This document shows, piece by piece, positions 39,304-49,738 of a DNA stretch of 64,000 nucleotides. The notes under the pieces are model-generated. The model was not told the origin of the DNA and ran no database searches. It saw only the letters and a list, made by a program, of their open reading frames with translations. The position numbers were made by a program, and so were the translations under genes. Position 1 is the first letter of the stretch, and every line of letters starts with the position of its first letter. This stretch comes from Bryobacterales bacterium (GTDB lineage: Bacteria; Acidobacteriota; Terriglobia; Bryobacterales; UBA6623): positions 1,376,001 through 1,440,000 of the forward strand of contig OY729427.2 of the NCBI GenBank assembly GCA_963422375.2, given 5' to 3'.

Positions 39304-40593
39304 ATGCGGATGCAAGAGCTCGTACCGGTCCTGCAGGACTTCCCGGACCGCGGCCTGCCCGACGTCGCCTCGGCCGTGCGCGCGGAGATGGAGCGGGCCG
39401 AATGGACCTCGCGGGTCGCGCCCGGGAGCCGGGTCGCCGTGGGCGTCGGCAGCCGCGGCATCCGCAACATCGACGCCATCGCCAAGGCCGCGGTCGACTT
39501 CTGGAAGTCGCGCGGCGTCCGGCCCTTCATCGTGCCGGTGATGGGCAGCCACGGCGCGGCCACGGCGCAGGGCCAGGCCGACGTGCTGGCCCACTACGGA
39601 ATCGACGAGTCCCGCACGGGAGCTCCCGTCGAGAGCTCCCTCGAGGTGGTGCGGATCGGCACGACGCCCGAAGGCATCGAGGTGTCCATGGACCGTCGCG
39701 CCTTCGAAAGCGACGGCGTGATGCTGTGCGGCCGCGTGAAGTGGCACACCGACTTCGAGGGGTCGCTCGAGAGCGGCCTCCACAAGATGATGGCCATCGG
39801 CCTCGGCAAGTGGGAAGGCGCCAAGCGCTACCACAGCTGGGCGCTGCGGCTCGGGATGGGCCGCGTCATCCGCAGCGTGGGCTCGGAAGTGCTCGCCACG
39901 GGCAAGATGCTGGGCGGCCTCGCCATCCTCGAGGACGCCCGCCACAACACGGCCGAAGTCCACGCGCTCGGAGCGCAAGGCATGGCGGAGAGGGAGGAGC
40001 AGCTCCTCGCAAGAGTGAAGTCCTGGAAACCGAACTTGCCTGCAGCGGAGGTCGACCTGCTCATCGTGGACGAAATCGGCAAGGACATCAGCGGAGCCGG
40101 CATGGACACCAAGGTCGTCAACCGCGGCGGCCCGCACGGACCGAACAGCTGGACCGGCGTGCCCACCGTGCATCGCATCTACCTTCGCGACCTCTCCGCC
40201 AAGACCAGCGGCAACGCGATCGGCATGGGCTTCGCGGACATGGCTCACGCCAGGCTCGTGCAGCAGGTCGATTTTCGCTCCACCTGGGTGAACGCGCTGA
40301 CCTCGTCCGTCACGTCGCCCGGCTTCACCCCTTTGCACTTCGCGACCGACCGCGAGTGCCTCGAACGGTTGCTTCCGACTTGCGGGAAGATCGACACGTC
40401 GGAATGTACCGTCGCGTGGATTCGCAACACCCTGCAGCTGTCGCAGCTGCTCGTCAGCGAGAACCTCCTGCCCGAGCTGGCCGCCAACCCCGCCATCAAG
40501 GTGCTAGGACCGCCGGCGGCCCCGCCGCTCGACAGCGCGGGCAACCTCGCCAGCCCGTTCGATTCCCCGGCCTTCCGGCTGGCGGCAGCCTGA
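39304..40593 (+). CDS. LarA_N/DUF2088 (lactate racemase-like) domain protein
   Basis: VAVGVGSRGI.NI, PVMGSHGAAT..GQ, RVKWHTDF, ESGLHKMMAIGLGK, GKDISGAGMDTKV. Confidence 0.85.
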   Translation: MRMQELVPVLQDFPDRGLPDVASAVRAEMERAEWTSRVAPGSRVAVGVGSRGIRNIDAIAKAAVDFWKSRGVRPFIVPVMGSHGAATAQGQADVLAHYGIDESRTGAPVESSLEVVRIGTTPEGIEVSMDRRAFESDGVMLCGRVKWHTDFEGSLESGLHKMMAIGLGKWEGAKRYHSWALRLGMGRVIRSVGSEVLATGKMLGGLAILEDARHNTAEVHALGAQGMAEREEQLLARVKSWKPNLPAAEVDLLIVDEIGKDISGAGMDTKVVNRGGPHGPNSWTGVPTVHRIYLRDLSAKTSGNAIGMGFADMAHARLVQQVDFRSTWVNALTSSVTSPGFTPLHFATDRECLERLLPTCGKIDTSECTVAWIRNTLQLSQLLVSENLLPELAANPAIKVLGPPAAPPLDSAGNLASPFDSPAFRLAAA

Positions 40594-40669
40594 GCGGCGG
40601 TTCGCAGGGAGATCAACCGGCCGCCAGAGACCACCAAGGGACCGCGGCAAGGGACCGCAAGACCGCCGT

Positions 40670-41530
40670 ATGGATCTGTTTCAGGCCATCGTTCTCGCCT
40701 TGGTCCAAGCTCTGACGGAGTTCCTGCCGATCAGCAGCTCGGCGCACTTGGTACTCGTCCGCTGGCTGCTGGGATGGGCCGATCCGGGGCTCGCCTTCGA
40801 CGTGGCGCTGCACTTCGGCACGCTGTTGGCGCTCGCGGCCTACTTCGCCCGCACATGGATCCGCATCCTGGGACTGGCGTGCGGCAGGCGGGTCCTCGAG
40901 CCGCCGGAGGACCATCCCGACCGCGACCTGTACGACAACCCGCGCCTGCTCTGGCACCTCGCGGCCGCCACGCTGCCGGCAGCGTGCGCCGGACTGGCGC
41001 TGCAGGATCTCATCGAGGCTCGCCTCCGCAGCCCTTTCGTGATCGGCTGCATGCTGATCGCGGCGGGCTGCGTGATCTGGTGGTTCGACCGCAGGGGCCG
41101 CCTGCGCAAGGGACTTGACAGCCTGCCCTTCGCCGGCGCCATGCTGATCGGCTGCGCCCAGGCCCTCGCCCTGGTGCCGGGCACGTCCAGGTCCGGCATC
41201 ACCATCGCCGCCGGCCTGGCGCTCGGCCTGACGCGGGCCGCGGCGGCCCGCTTCTCGTTCCTTCTGGCCATGCCGGTCGTGCTCGGCGCGGCGCTCAAGA
41301 CCGGGCTGGAGACGCTCGGCGGCGGCGGGATCCCGCCAGGCGAGGCCCTGCCCCTGGCCGTCGGCGTCACGGTCAGCGCGGTCTCCGGATACGCCGTGAT
41401 CGCGATGTTCCTAAGGCATTTGCAGCGCTCCACGCTGGCCCCCTTCGTAATCTACCGCTGGGCGTTTGGGATAATCGTGCTGGTTCTTGCAAGCACCTCC
41501 TGGACGGCCTTCGCAGGCGGCAGCGTGTGA
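40670..41530 (+). CDS. uppP: Undecaprenyl-diphosphate phosphatase
   Basis: VQALTEFLPISSSAH, LHFGT, PGTSRSGITI, AARFSFLL. Confidence 0.96.
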   Translation: MDLFQAIVLALVQALTEFLPISSSAHLVLVRWLLGWADPGLAFDVALHFGTLLALAAYFARTWIRILGLACGRRVLEPPEDHPDRDLYDNPRLLWHLAAATLPAACAGLALQDLIEARLRSPFVIGCMLIAAGCVIWWFDRRGRLRKGLDSLPFAGAMLIGCAQALALVPGTSRSGITIAAGLALGLTRAAAARFSFLLAMPVVLGAALKTGLETLGGGGIPPGEALPLAVGVTVSAVSGYAVIAMFLRHLQRSTLAPFVIYRWAFGIIVLVLASTSWTAFAGGSV

Positions 41531-43871
41531 GGCGGATGCGCATCAAGCTCCTCGTCGACAACCCGCGCTTGAACGAGATGGCCGGCGTGCTGGCCCTGCT
41601 GCTGGCGATCGGCATCCTTCTCTGCCTAGTCTCCTACTCGCCCGCGGACCCGTCAGTCAACGTGGCGACCCCCCGGGCGCGCCCGGTCAACTGGATGGGC
41701 CTGCCCGGTTCGTTCGGCGCCGACCTGATTCTCCAGTCCATCGGGCTGGCCGGCTTCCTCGTCCCGGCGGGTCTCGCGCTGCTGGCGCTGAAGCTCATCC
41801 GCAACGTCAAGATGGACCGCCTGCGACGCCGCGCCGGCGGCTGGGCGCTGCTGACCGTAGTCCTGTGCTGCTCCCTCCAGCTGCTGGACCGACCGGTCGG
41901 AGCCGTCCTGCCGTCCAGCTGGGAGTCGACGGTCCGCGCGGGAGGCGCGCTGGGCAAGGTGCTGACGGACGGATCCACCTCCGTGCTGAACCTCGGCGGC
42001 ACGATCCTGCTGCTGCTGGCCTGCACGTCGATCAGCGTTTACACGCTGACCTCGCTGCGCGTGGCGAATCTGCTGGAGCGGCGCGAGAAGCCCCCGCCGT
42101 CCGGCGACCCGAACGGAGATCCGTCGGAGGACGCGCCGAGCGCGGAAGGTGAGGCCGACGCCATTCCGCTCGAGCCCCGGGGGGACGGGACGCTCGACAC
42201 CGGGACGGGCCTTGGCACGCACGGCGGGATCGGCGGCGACCCGCCGTGGGACGACACCGCGGAAGGCGACGAGGACCTGCAGGCGCCTCCCCTGATCGTC
42301 CCGTACCAGCCCGGGGAGTCGACCCTCGAAGGCACCGTGACGGGCGGCGACGGCCGACTGCACTCGACCATAGCGCGGAATCCGTCGCTCGGCCCCGGAT
42401 CCGACAGGCCCAAGTACAAGCTCCCGCCCACCTCCCTGCTCAATCCGCGGTACCAGAAGGAACCCTACAACGAGGTCCAGTTGCAGGAAACGGCCCAGCA
42501 GATCGTCATGAAGTTCGAGGAGTTCCGCGTCGCCGGGACCATCGACAAGATCAGTCCGGGACCGGTCGTAACGACGTTCGAGTTCAAGCCGGACCGAGGC
42601 ATCAAGTACAGCAAGATCGTCAACCTGTCCGAGGACCTGTGCCTGGCGTTGGAATGCGAGTCAGTGCTGGTCGAGCGGCTTCCCGGCAAGTCCACCATCG
42701 GCATCGAGGTGCCGAACAAGAGGCGCGAGGTCATCTCGCTGCGCGAGGTGGTCGAGTGGCCGGCTTTCCGCAAGGCGGAGTCGATGCTGACGTTCGCGCT
42801 CGGCAAGGACATCAGCGGCAACATCCACTGCTCCGACCTCGGCGGCATGCCGCACCTGCTGGTCGCCGGGCAGACCGGCTCGGGCAAGAGCGTCATGGTG
42901 AACTGCGTGATCATGTCGGTCCTCCTGCGCACCACACCCGACGAGGTCCGGCTGATCCTCGTCGATCCGAAGACCGTCGAGCTGGCCCTCTACAGGGAGG
43001 TGCCGCACCTGCTCACGCCGGTTATCACGGACATGAAGAAGGCGACGAACGCGCTCAAGAACGCCACGCGCGAGATGGAGCGCCGCCTGCAGCTGCTGGC
43101 GCAGCACGGAGTGCGCAACATCAGCCAGTTCAACGAGAAAGTCGACTCCTTGCAGGAGCGTCGCGAAGACCGCGAGCCCGAAAGCGAACCGGAGAAGCTG
43201 CCCTACGTCGTGGTGATCGTGGACGAGCTGGCCGACCTCATGATGCTCGCCGGGCGGCAAGTGGAGGAATCGATCCAGCGGCTCGCGCAGATGGCCCGGG
43301 CCGTCGGCATCCACCTGCTGCTCGCCACGCAGCGCCCGAGCGTGGACGTTATCACGGGACTGATCAAGGCCAACATACCGGCGAGGCTCTCGTTCCGACT
43401 CGCCACGCGGGTCGACTCGCGCACCATCCTCGACTCGATGGGAGCGGAGTCCCTGCTCGGCAAGGGCGACATGCTGTTCCTGCCTCCCGGAACGGCCCGG
43501 CGCCGCCGGTTCCACGGACCTTTCGTGTCGGAGGAGGAGATCGAGGCCGTGGTGTCTCACTGGAAGGACCAAGCCAAGCCCGCCTACAAGAACGAGTACC
43601 TGGAGTCGCCCGACGGCGACCAGGAGGAATCGGAGGGGGACGGCGACGCCGGGTTCGACGATCCATGTACCGGGAGGCTGTGCGCCTCGTTCTGGAGATG
43701 GGCAAGGCGTCCACGTCCACGCTCCAGCGGCGCCTGCGCCTGGGATACGGGCGGGCCGCGCGCATCCTCGACGCCATGGAGCGCGACGGGATCATCGGGC
43801 CGCCCGACGGCAGCCGGCCGAGGGAGGTCCTGAAGAGGCCCGACTGGCTGGACGAAGCGCCTAGCGAGTGA
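41527..43871 (+). CDS. ftsK: DNA translocase FtsK with a one-base frameshift near 43664 that separates the gamma domain
   Basis: 4TM N-terminus, PHLLVAGQTGSGKS, VDELADLMM, ATQRPSVDV, LLGKGDML. The gamma domain MYREAV...STSTLQRRLRLGYGRAARILD...PREVL lies in another frame ending at 43871. Confidence 0.93.
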
Positions 43872-43953
43872 GGCCCGACGCCTGCGAGCTCCCCGGCGCC
43901 GCGCTGCGGACGCGTGCTCCGCTACGGGCGGGACGGGAAACGGTCCGCAGCGG

Positions 43954-44688
43954 TCATACTCCGGACCGCGCCGCGCAGACAGCGTGCGCGGCTGTCTCGG
44001 CCAGGTGCAGCGAGAAGGCGCCGCGGTAGCGGAACCGCAGCGCGGCGCCGTCGCGGATCTCGAGCGACAGGTCCGACACGGCATGCCGGTCCACTTCCCG
44101 CTCGCGTCTGGGCGGCCGCTTGGCTTCGGAAACGAAGACCGGAACGTAGTCGCGGCCGTCCACGAGGATGCGCTCGACGCTGTCGACCCGCAGCGCGACC
44201 TCCACCCGGTCGTGCCGGTCCCGGCGGATCACCAGCAGATGCGGCCCGCGAAGCAGCAAGTACACAGCGGTCCCGGCCCGCAGACCTTCCGCGTCGTCCG
44301 GCGGGTTCTGGCCGGCCCACTCCCCCCCGTTGAGAAAGTACTCGGCATGGTGCATGCGCTGGATCCGGCGCTCGCCGTCCGGGTCGGGGGTCCGGCGGAG
44401 CGCGACCGCGAGCAACGCCGCGAGCAGGGCCGGGAGCTTGCTCCATTCCGGGCCCAAGGCCGCGACCGCCGCGGCGGCGACGAGCAGCCCCGACCGGATC
44501 CAGTTCCATTCGGCGCGCCGCCGCAAGCGGCGAAGCCATGGAATGACCAAGACCGCCGAGAAGAGAGCCGCCAGCAGCCCTGCCTGCGGCCGGGAGAGGT
44601 CGCGCGCAGGCGACCCGCCGCGGTCCTCGCCCGCCCGCAGCGTCGGATCGGCCCTGCGAATCCTTGCCCGGGCCCCGCTGTCGCTCAC
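43954..44688 (-). CDS. Hypothetical membrane protein
   Basis: GTG overlapping the glmM stop (GTGA coupling); hydrophobic N-terminal segments followed by a soluble domain. Confidence 0.6.
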   Translation of the reverse strand: MSDSGARARIRRADPTLRAGEDRGGSPARDLSRPQAGLLAALFSAVLVIPWLRRLRRRAEWNWIRSGLLVAAAAVAALGPEWSKLPALLAALLAVALRRTPDPDGERRIQRMHHAEYFLNGGEWAGQNPPDDAEGLRAGTAVYLLLRGPHLLVIRRDRHDRVEVALRVDSVERILVDGRDYVPVFVSEAKRPPRREREVDRHAVSDLSLEIRDGAALRFRYRGAFSLHLAETAAHAVCAARSGV

Positions 44689-46028
44689 GGCCCCAGTTGT
44701 TTTCGGAACAGACCGGCGATCGCGGTGCAGTGACGCGTCACGTCGCTGGCGCGCTCGGCTTCGACCATGACCCGCACGACCGGCTCCGTGCCCGAGTAGC
44801 GGATGACGACCCGCCCGCGCCCGGCCAGCTCCAACTCGCGCTCGGCCACGGCCTGGCGAATCTCCGGCAGGTCCTCGAGCGGGCGCTTCTCGCGAACGCG
44901 GACGCTGACGAGCTTCTGCGGGAAGACCCGCAAGCGCTTCCGCAGCTCGCTGCACGGGACGCCCTCTTCCGCAAGGATGCGCAGCATCATGAGTAAGGTG
45001 AGCAGCCCGTCCCCGGTGGTCGAGAAGTCACCGAAGATCGCGTGCCCCGACTGCTCGCCACCGAGGGCCGCCCCCGAGCTCAGCATCTCGTGGACGACGT
45101 GCTTGTCGCCCACAGGGGTGCGCACGAGCTGGATGCCGCGGTCCTGCAGGGCCAGGTCGAGGCCCAGATTGGACATGACCGTGGAAACGACGAGGTTCTC
45201 GTGCAGCAGGCCGCGTCGCTTCATCGCCACGGCAGCCGCGAGCAGCACGTGGTCCCCGTCCAAGGGCTCGCCGGTCTCGTCGACGAAGAGGCAGCGGTCG
45301 GCGTCCCCATCAAGAGCCGCGCCGAAATTGGCGTCGGACGTCACCACCTCCCGCGCCAAGCGCTCCATGTGCAGCGCGCCGCAGTCCCGGTTGATGTTCC
45401 GCCCGTCGGGATCGCAGGAGATGTAGCGGACATCGGCGCGAAGCGCCTCGCAGGCCAGCGGCGCGATCTCGGACGCGGCGCCGTTGGCGCAGTCGACAAC
45501 GAATCGCAGCTTGCGCACGGACGCCGGCGGCTCGCAGGCCTGCAGCAGGTGCCGGACGTAGCGGAACGCGATCTCCTGGTCGTCCTCGAGCTCCTCCGAT
45601 GCCGGAACAGCCCCGTTCGCGAGTGCGGCGCCAATGCGATCCTCCAGCTCCGCCTCCATCTCGTCCGGCAACTTGTAGCCGAACGGACCGAAGATCTTGA
45701 TGCCGTTGTCCTCGAAAGGGTTGTGCGACGCGGAAACCACGACGCCGAGGGAATACTCCCCCTGCCGCGTCGCGTAGGCGACGGCCGGGGTGGGCACCAC
45801 GCCTGCGAACTCGCGCGCGACACCGCCCATGCGCAGTCCGCCCGCCAGGAGCATCGCGATGCGCGGCCCCGACTCGCGGGTGTCCATGCCGATCAGGACC
45901 TTTGGTCTGCGGTTCCGTCGAACCTGCGACGCGAGAGCGACTCCGACGGCAAACACGGTTCGGTCGTCGAGCGGGTACCGCCCGGACGTGCCCCTGATGC
46001 CGTCCGTTCCGAAGAGCCGATTGGACAT
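44685..46028 (-). CDS. glmM: Phosphoglucosamine mutase
   Basis: LFGTDGIRG, SASHNP..DNGIK, DGDADR, GGEQSGH, RYSGTEP..RVMVE. Confidence 0.97.
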   Translation of the reverse strand: MSNRLFGTDGIRGTSGRYPLDDRTVFAVGVALASQVRRNRRPKVLIGMDTRESGPRIAMLLAGGLRMGGVAREFAGVVPTPAVAYATRQGEYSLGVVVSASHNPFEDNGIKIFGPFGYKLPDEMEAELEDRIGAALANGAVPASEELEDDQEIAFRYVRHLLQACEPPASVRKLRFVVDCANGAASEIAPLACEALRADVRYISCDPDGRNINRDCGALHMERLAREVVTSDANFGAALDGDADRCLFVDETGEPLDGDHVLLAAAVAMKRRGLLHENLVVSTVMSNLGLDLALQDRGIQLVRTPVGDKHVVHEMLSSGAALGGEQSGHAIFGDFSTTGDGLLTLLMMLRILAEEGVPCSELRKRLRVFPQKLVSVRVREKRPLEDLPEIRQAVAERELELAGRGRVVIRYSGTEPVVRVMVEAERASDVTRHCTAIAGLFRKQLGP

Positions 46029-46136
46029 AGCTAGCGGGGCCTAGCAGGCCGGGCGGCGCTAGCCCAGCCCATCCGATTGTACGACCTCGGGGCCCGTCTG
46101 GCCGCGGGTTCGGTACACTTGTCAGCCGGGCTCGCG

Positions 46137-47195
46137 ATGGCTGGCGACTTCAAGAAGCACCTGCTCCGAGGGATGCTGGCCCACTACCCGTTCGTCCTCA
46201 AGAACTTCAAGGCCTACGCCGGCAACCTCTACCGGCGCCGCGTGCTCGGATCCAGCGTCGTGGTGCCGTACTCGGCCATTTTCTACGCCACCCACAAGTG
46301 CAATCTCGACTGCTCGTACTGCACCCAGAAGAACCCGCAGGCGTTCAGCGAGGAGCTGGGGACGGCGGACACGATCCGGCTGTTCCACAACATCCACAAG
46401 GAAGTGGACACCCTGCTGATCACGGGCGGCGAATGCACCGTGAGGCCGGACATCGAGGAGCTCGTCATTGCGTCGCGCGAGGAAGTGGGCTTCCGGTCCG
46501 CGCTCGTTGTCACCAACGGCGTGCTGCTGAACGCGAGGCAGAGGATGCTGCCTTACCTGAACGGCTTGGTGTGCAGCCTGGACGCGATCACCCACGACCC
46601 GACCGAGCCGCTGTCGAAGTCCGCGACGGTTCCGCGGGTGATCGACAATCTGCTGCTGGCCAAGGAGTTCCTTCCCCCGCAGTCCATTACCGTTTCCTGC
46701 GTGCTCGAGCTGTGGAACCTGAAGGAGGCGGAGCGGATTCTCGAGTTCTGCGGCGAGCACGGATTCGTATTCTCGGCGCAATCCGCCCAGACCAACGGCA
46801 AGTTCCCGAATCTCGCCCTGCTGCGCGACCCGCGCTACCGCGGCTTCGTCGAGCGCCTGATCGAAATGAGACAGCGAAACACGGTGCGCATCAACGGCAC
46901 GCCCAAGCTGCTGCGCACGCTGCTGCTCTTCGAGGAATTCAAGTGCTACCCGACGATGTTCCCGCGGATCTACCCGAACGGCGACATATTCTACCCGTGC
47001 GAGGTGCTGCGAAAGATCGCCGGGAACGTCCTCGAGGACGGCTCGATTTCCGCGGCCTTCGAGCGGGGCCGCAAGCTGTACGGCGAGGTGCCCGAATGCA
47101 AGAGCAACTGCTTCCTCTTCGGCAACGTCCTCTCCTCCTACTACGTCGAGGACTTCTGGGGCCTGGCGGCCGACACCGTGGCTGCCCGCGGCTAG
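46137..47195 (+). CDS. Radical SAM protein with C-terminal SPASM/twitch-like cysteines
   Basis: CNLDCSYC (CxxxCxxC), TGGE, TNG; C-terminal KCYP...NGDIFYPC...GNV...ECKSNC. Confidence 0.9.
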   Translation: MAGDFKKHLLRGMLAHYPFVLKNFKAYAGNLYRRRVLGSSVVVPYSAIFYATHKCNLDCSYCTQKNPQAFSEELGTADTIRLFHNIHKEVDTLLITGGECTVRPDIEELVIASREEVGFRSALVVTNGVLLNARQRMLPYLNGLVCSLDAITHDPTEPLSKSATVPRVIDNLLLAKEFLPPQSITVSCVLELWNLKEAERILEFCGEHGFVFSAQSAQTNGKFPNLALLRDPRYRGFVERLIEMRQRNTVRINGTPKLLRTLLLFEEFKCYPTMFPRIYPNGDIFYPCEVLRKIAGNVLEDGSISAAFERGRKLYGEVPECKSNCFLFGNVLSSYYVEDFWGLAADTVAARG

Positions 47196-47504
47196 GCTCG
47201 CTCCGCCGCTGCCGCACGACGTTCGCGATCTCCTGCCGGGGGACTTTCGCGAGATGGCCGGCTCCCAGCTGGAGGGGCGCGACCGCAATTTCCAGCCTTG
47301 GAGAGAGCAGCCAGCCCCTCTTCGGCGCGCGCAGTATCCCCTGCGACCGCGAGTGCGCACCGTCCCCGGCAGCCTCGCGGTGGCGTTCCCGCGCCCTGCA
47401 AGCGCCATTGCTACCGCGTGCCCTCGACGGCATCCCGATCCGGTGCTCCGACGGCGTTCGGCACGTGCCCGGCTCAGCGGCGGCACGCGGTCCGGCGACG
47501 GACG

Positions 47505-48506
47505 TCAGGTCGCGAATCCGTGCATCTCCCTGTAGATCGGCGCGTCGTAGCGCTGCGTCGACTTGAAGTGCTCGTGCCGACCGTCCCCGGCCAGCGGGGC
47601 CGCTAGAGCCATGATCCGCTCGCGTTCGTCCGGGGCGAGCGCGCGGAACCCGCGTGCGATCTTGACGTCGGCCATCAGCTGGTCCACGTTGAGGTAGCCG
47701 CGCACGATCGAGGAAACGGGAAGGCTCAGCGCCCACCGAACGCACATCTCGGCCGTGACCTGCGTCCGGCTCGGGATCTCGGCGTCGCGCGGGCCCCCTC
47801 CGAGGCATTTCATGCCGATCACTCCCACGTCCTTGGCCAGGCAGACCGGGATGACGTCCCTCTGGAACGAGCGGTAGAAATGGTCCATCGGGTTGATCGG
47901 CATCTGGCTCGTCGCCCATTCGAAGCCCTTGGCGAGCATCCTCGCGTGGATGCTCGGATGCTTGTGCCCGGTGAAGCCGATGAAGCGCACCTTGCCCGCC
48001 TTCTGCGCCTCCAGCGCGACCTTCAGCCCGCCTCTGTCGAAGACCCAGTCGGGGTCGTTGTCGTAGTTGATCTCGTGAAACTGCCAGAGATCGATGCGGT
48101 CGGTCCCGAGTCGGCGCAGGCTGTCCTCCAAGCACTGCCGAGCGAACTTCTCGTCGCGCCCCGAGTTCTTCGTCATCAGGAAGACCTGGTCGCGACGGCC
48201 CCGGAGGGCCTTTCCCATGAATTCCTCTGCGTACCCGTCGTGGTACATCCAGGCGTTGTCCCAGAAAAAGACCCCGTTGTCGAGCGCGGCGTGAGCGAGC
48301 TTCATCGCGGCCGGCTCCCCATCGTCCCGCGCCGCGCGCCCGAGGTGCGCCCCGCCCAAGCAGAGAATCGAGACCTGCTCGCCCGTTCGGCCCAGCCTCC
48401 GCGTCGGGATGCCCCGTCCGGCATCGTCCTGCGCGACCGACTGGGCCGCCAGCGCGGCGAGCGACCCGGCATGGGTCGAGCGGTTCGTCAAACTAGCGGC
48501 CGACAT
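47505..48506 (-). CDS. Aldo/keto reductase
   Basis: RRLGRTGEQVS, DNAWMY, FLMTK, SLRRLGTDRIDLWQFH, GKVRFIGFTGH. Confidence 0.93.
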   Translation of the reverse strand: MSAASLTNRSTHAGSLAALAAQSVAQDDAGRGIPTRRLGRTGEQVSILCLGGAHLGRAARDDGEPAAMKLAHAALDNGVFFWDNAWMYHDGYAEEFMGKALRGRRDQVFLMTKNSGRDEKFARQCLEDSLRRLGTDRIDLWQFHEINYDNDPDWVFDRGGLKVALEAQKAGKVRFIGFTGHKHPSIHARMLAKGFEWATSQMPINPMDHFYRSFQRDVIPVCLAKDVGVIGMKCLGGGPRDAEIPSRTQVTAEMCVRWALSLPVSSIVRGYLNVDQLMADVKIARGFRALAPDERERIMALAAPLAGDGRHEHFKSTQRYDAPIYREMHGFAT

Positions 48507-48549
48507 CGACCACAGTATAGGCAATCGGCTCGGGCTGGCGCGCCCTCGG

Positions 48550-49062
48550 TCAAGAGCCCGGCCGGACCGAGGCGAAGAAGGCGCGTGGCTCGGCGCGGAC
48601 GATCTTCCACCGGCCCCGCTCCTCGCGCAGGCCCAGCACGACCGTTCCGCGACGCTGCTCGACCGGCCCCGGATCGAGCTTCGGAGCAAGCTGCAGGAGC
48701 CAGTCCACTTCCACCGTCCACTCGCCCGCACGTGACTGCGGAACACCGCTGGCGACGGAGGAGGCGATGCGCCGCTGCTGCGTCAGGGCGGAGACCTGGT
48801 CGCGGAACGACGCGAAATCCCGGAAGGCCCGCCGGTCGAATGCCGCGAGAAACAGCGGGGCGCTGCCCGATTGCAGCGCGCGGCTCGCGTCGCGCACCAC
48901 CCGCCGAATCCCGTCCGCGGCCCTCGTCTCCTGCGCGATCGCCCGCAGGCCCGCCGGGAGTGCTAGGAGCAGCAGGCGACGCGTCGAGGCCGCGACGCCG
49001 GCGGAATCGCCTCGGGCCCCCTCAAGCTTCACGGACCGGGCTCCGTCCGAAGGCGTACTCAA
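48550..49062 (-). CDS. Hypothetical exported protein (NTF2-like possible)
   Basis: Co-oriented with and overlapping the neighbouring operon gene; RRLLLLAL leader; C-terminal GRWKIV. Start uncertain. Confidence 0.55.
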   Translation of the reverse strand: MSTPSDGARSVKLEGARGDSAGVAASTRRLLLLALPAGLRAIAQETRAADGIRRVVRDASRALQSGSAPLFLAAFDRRAFRDFASFRDQVSALTQQRRIASSVASGVPQSRAGEWTVEVDWLLQLAPKLDPGPVEQRRGTVVLGLREERGRWKIVRAEPRAFFASVRPGS

Positions 49063-49738
49063 TCGCCTCTCGCGGAACCTCGTAGTCCGTATGGGATGAG
49101 TTGCCGACGAATCCGAGATCCTTGATTCCGACCGGGCTGGTGTAGTAGGCGTCGACGATGAGGCGTCTCGCCCATCCGAAGAAACGCAGCCCGCGACGCG
49201 CCTCGGCTGGCTCCCTTATGCCGAACACCGAGAAGCGGGCGTACTCTCCCGTCGCCCAGCGGGTCTCGCCGTCTCCGTAAGCGCGCTCGGCCGCAACCAA
49301 GGCGTCGAGAAGGGCGGTCTGATCGCTCTCGGCCGCGTCGGCGAATTGCTTCCCGCCGCGAGCGGCCGCTGCGGCGTCGAGCCAGAGGATGCCGCCCGTG
49401 AAGATGTCGGCCAGCTCGCGGTTCTGGCTGGCCAGCAGGTCGATGAACTCGGGCGCGCCGCCTTCGCGGGCGCTCGGCCCGCCCTCGTCGGCCGGAACGA
49501 CGAGCTCGGCGAGGCGCTCCAGCGCGCGGAACTCGCGAGCGTTGAAGTACTTGACGTCGTACTCCCCCCGGAAGGTCCGTTCGCTCTCGACCTCTGCGTG
49601 GACCTGCGCGCCGTCCGCTGGGTCGATGCCCTGCGCTAGGCCGGCAGCCGTGACCGCGAGCGCGACACGCCGCAGGACCTCCCGGCGCGACGGCGCCTGG
49701 AGCGCCTTGACGGAAACGAAACCCCGCTCGCTAGACAT
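49022..49738 (-). CDS. Gluconate 2-dehydrogenase subunit 3-family protein (Tat signal)
   Basis: SRREVL Tat motif; LAELVVPAD..PSA.....EFID, AYYTSPVG..DLGF.GN. Confidence 0.9.
   Translation of the reverse strand: MSSERGFVSVKALQAPSRREVLRRVALAVTAAGLAQGIDPADGAQVHAEVESERTFRGEYDVKYFNAREFRALERLAELVVPADEGGPSAREGGAPEFIDLLASQNRELADIFTGGILWLDAAAAARGGKQFADAAESDQTALLDALVAAERAYGDGETRWATGEYARFSVFGIREPAEARRGLRFFGWARRLIVDAYYTSPVGIKDLGFVGNSSHTDYEVPREAIEYAFGRSPVREA

Noticed and set aside
40635..40658. Direct repeat CAAGGGACCGC x2 upstream of uppP as an operator
   Set aside because: Only two short GC-rich copies immediately before the start codon; cannot be distinguished from chance or slippage.
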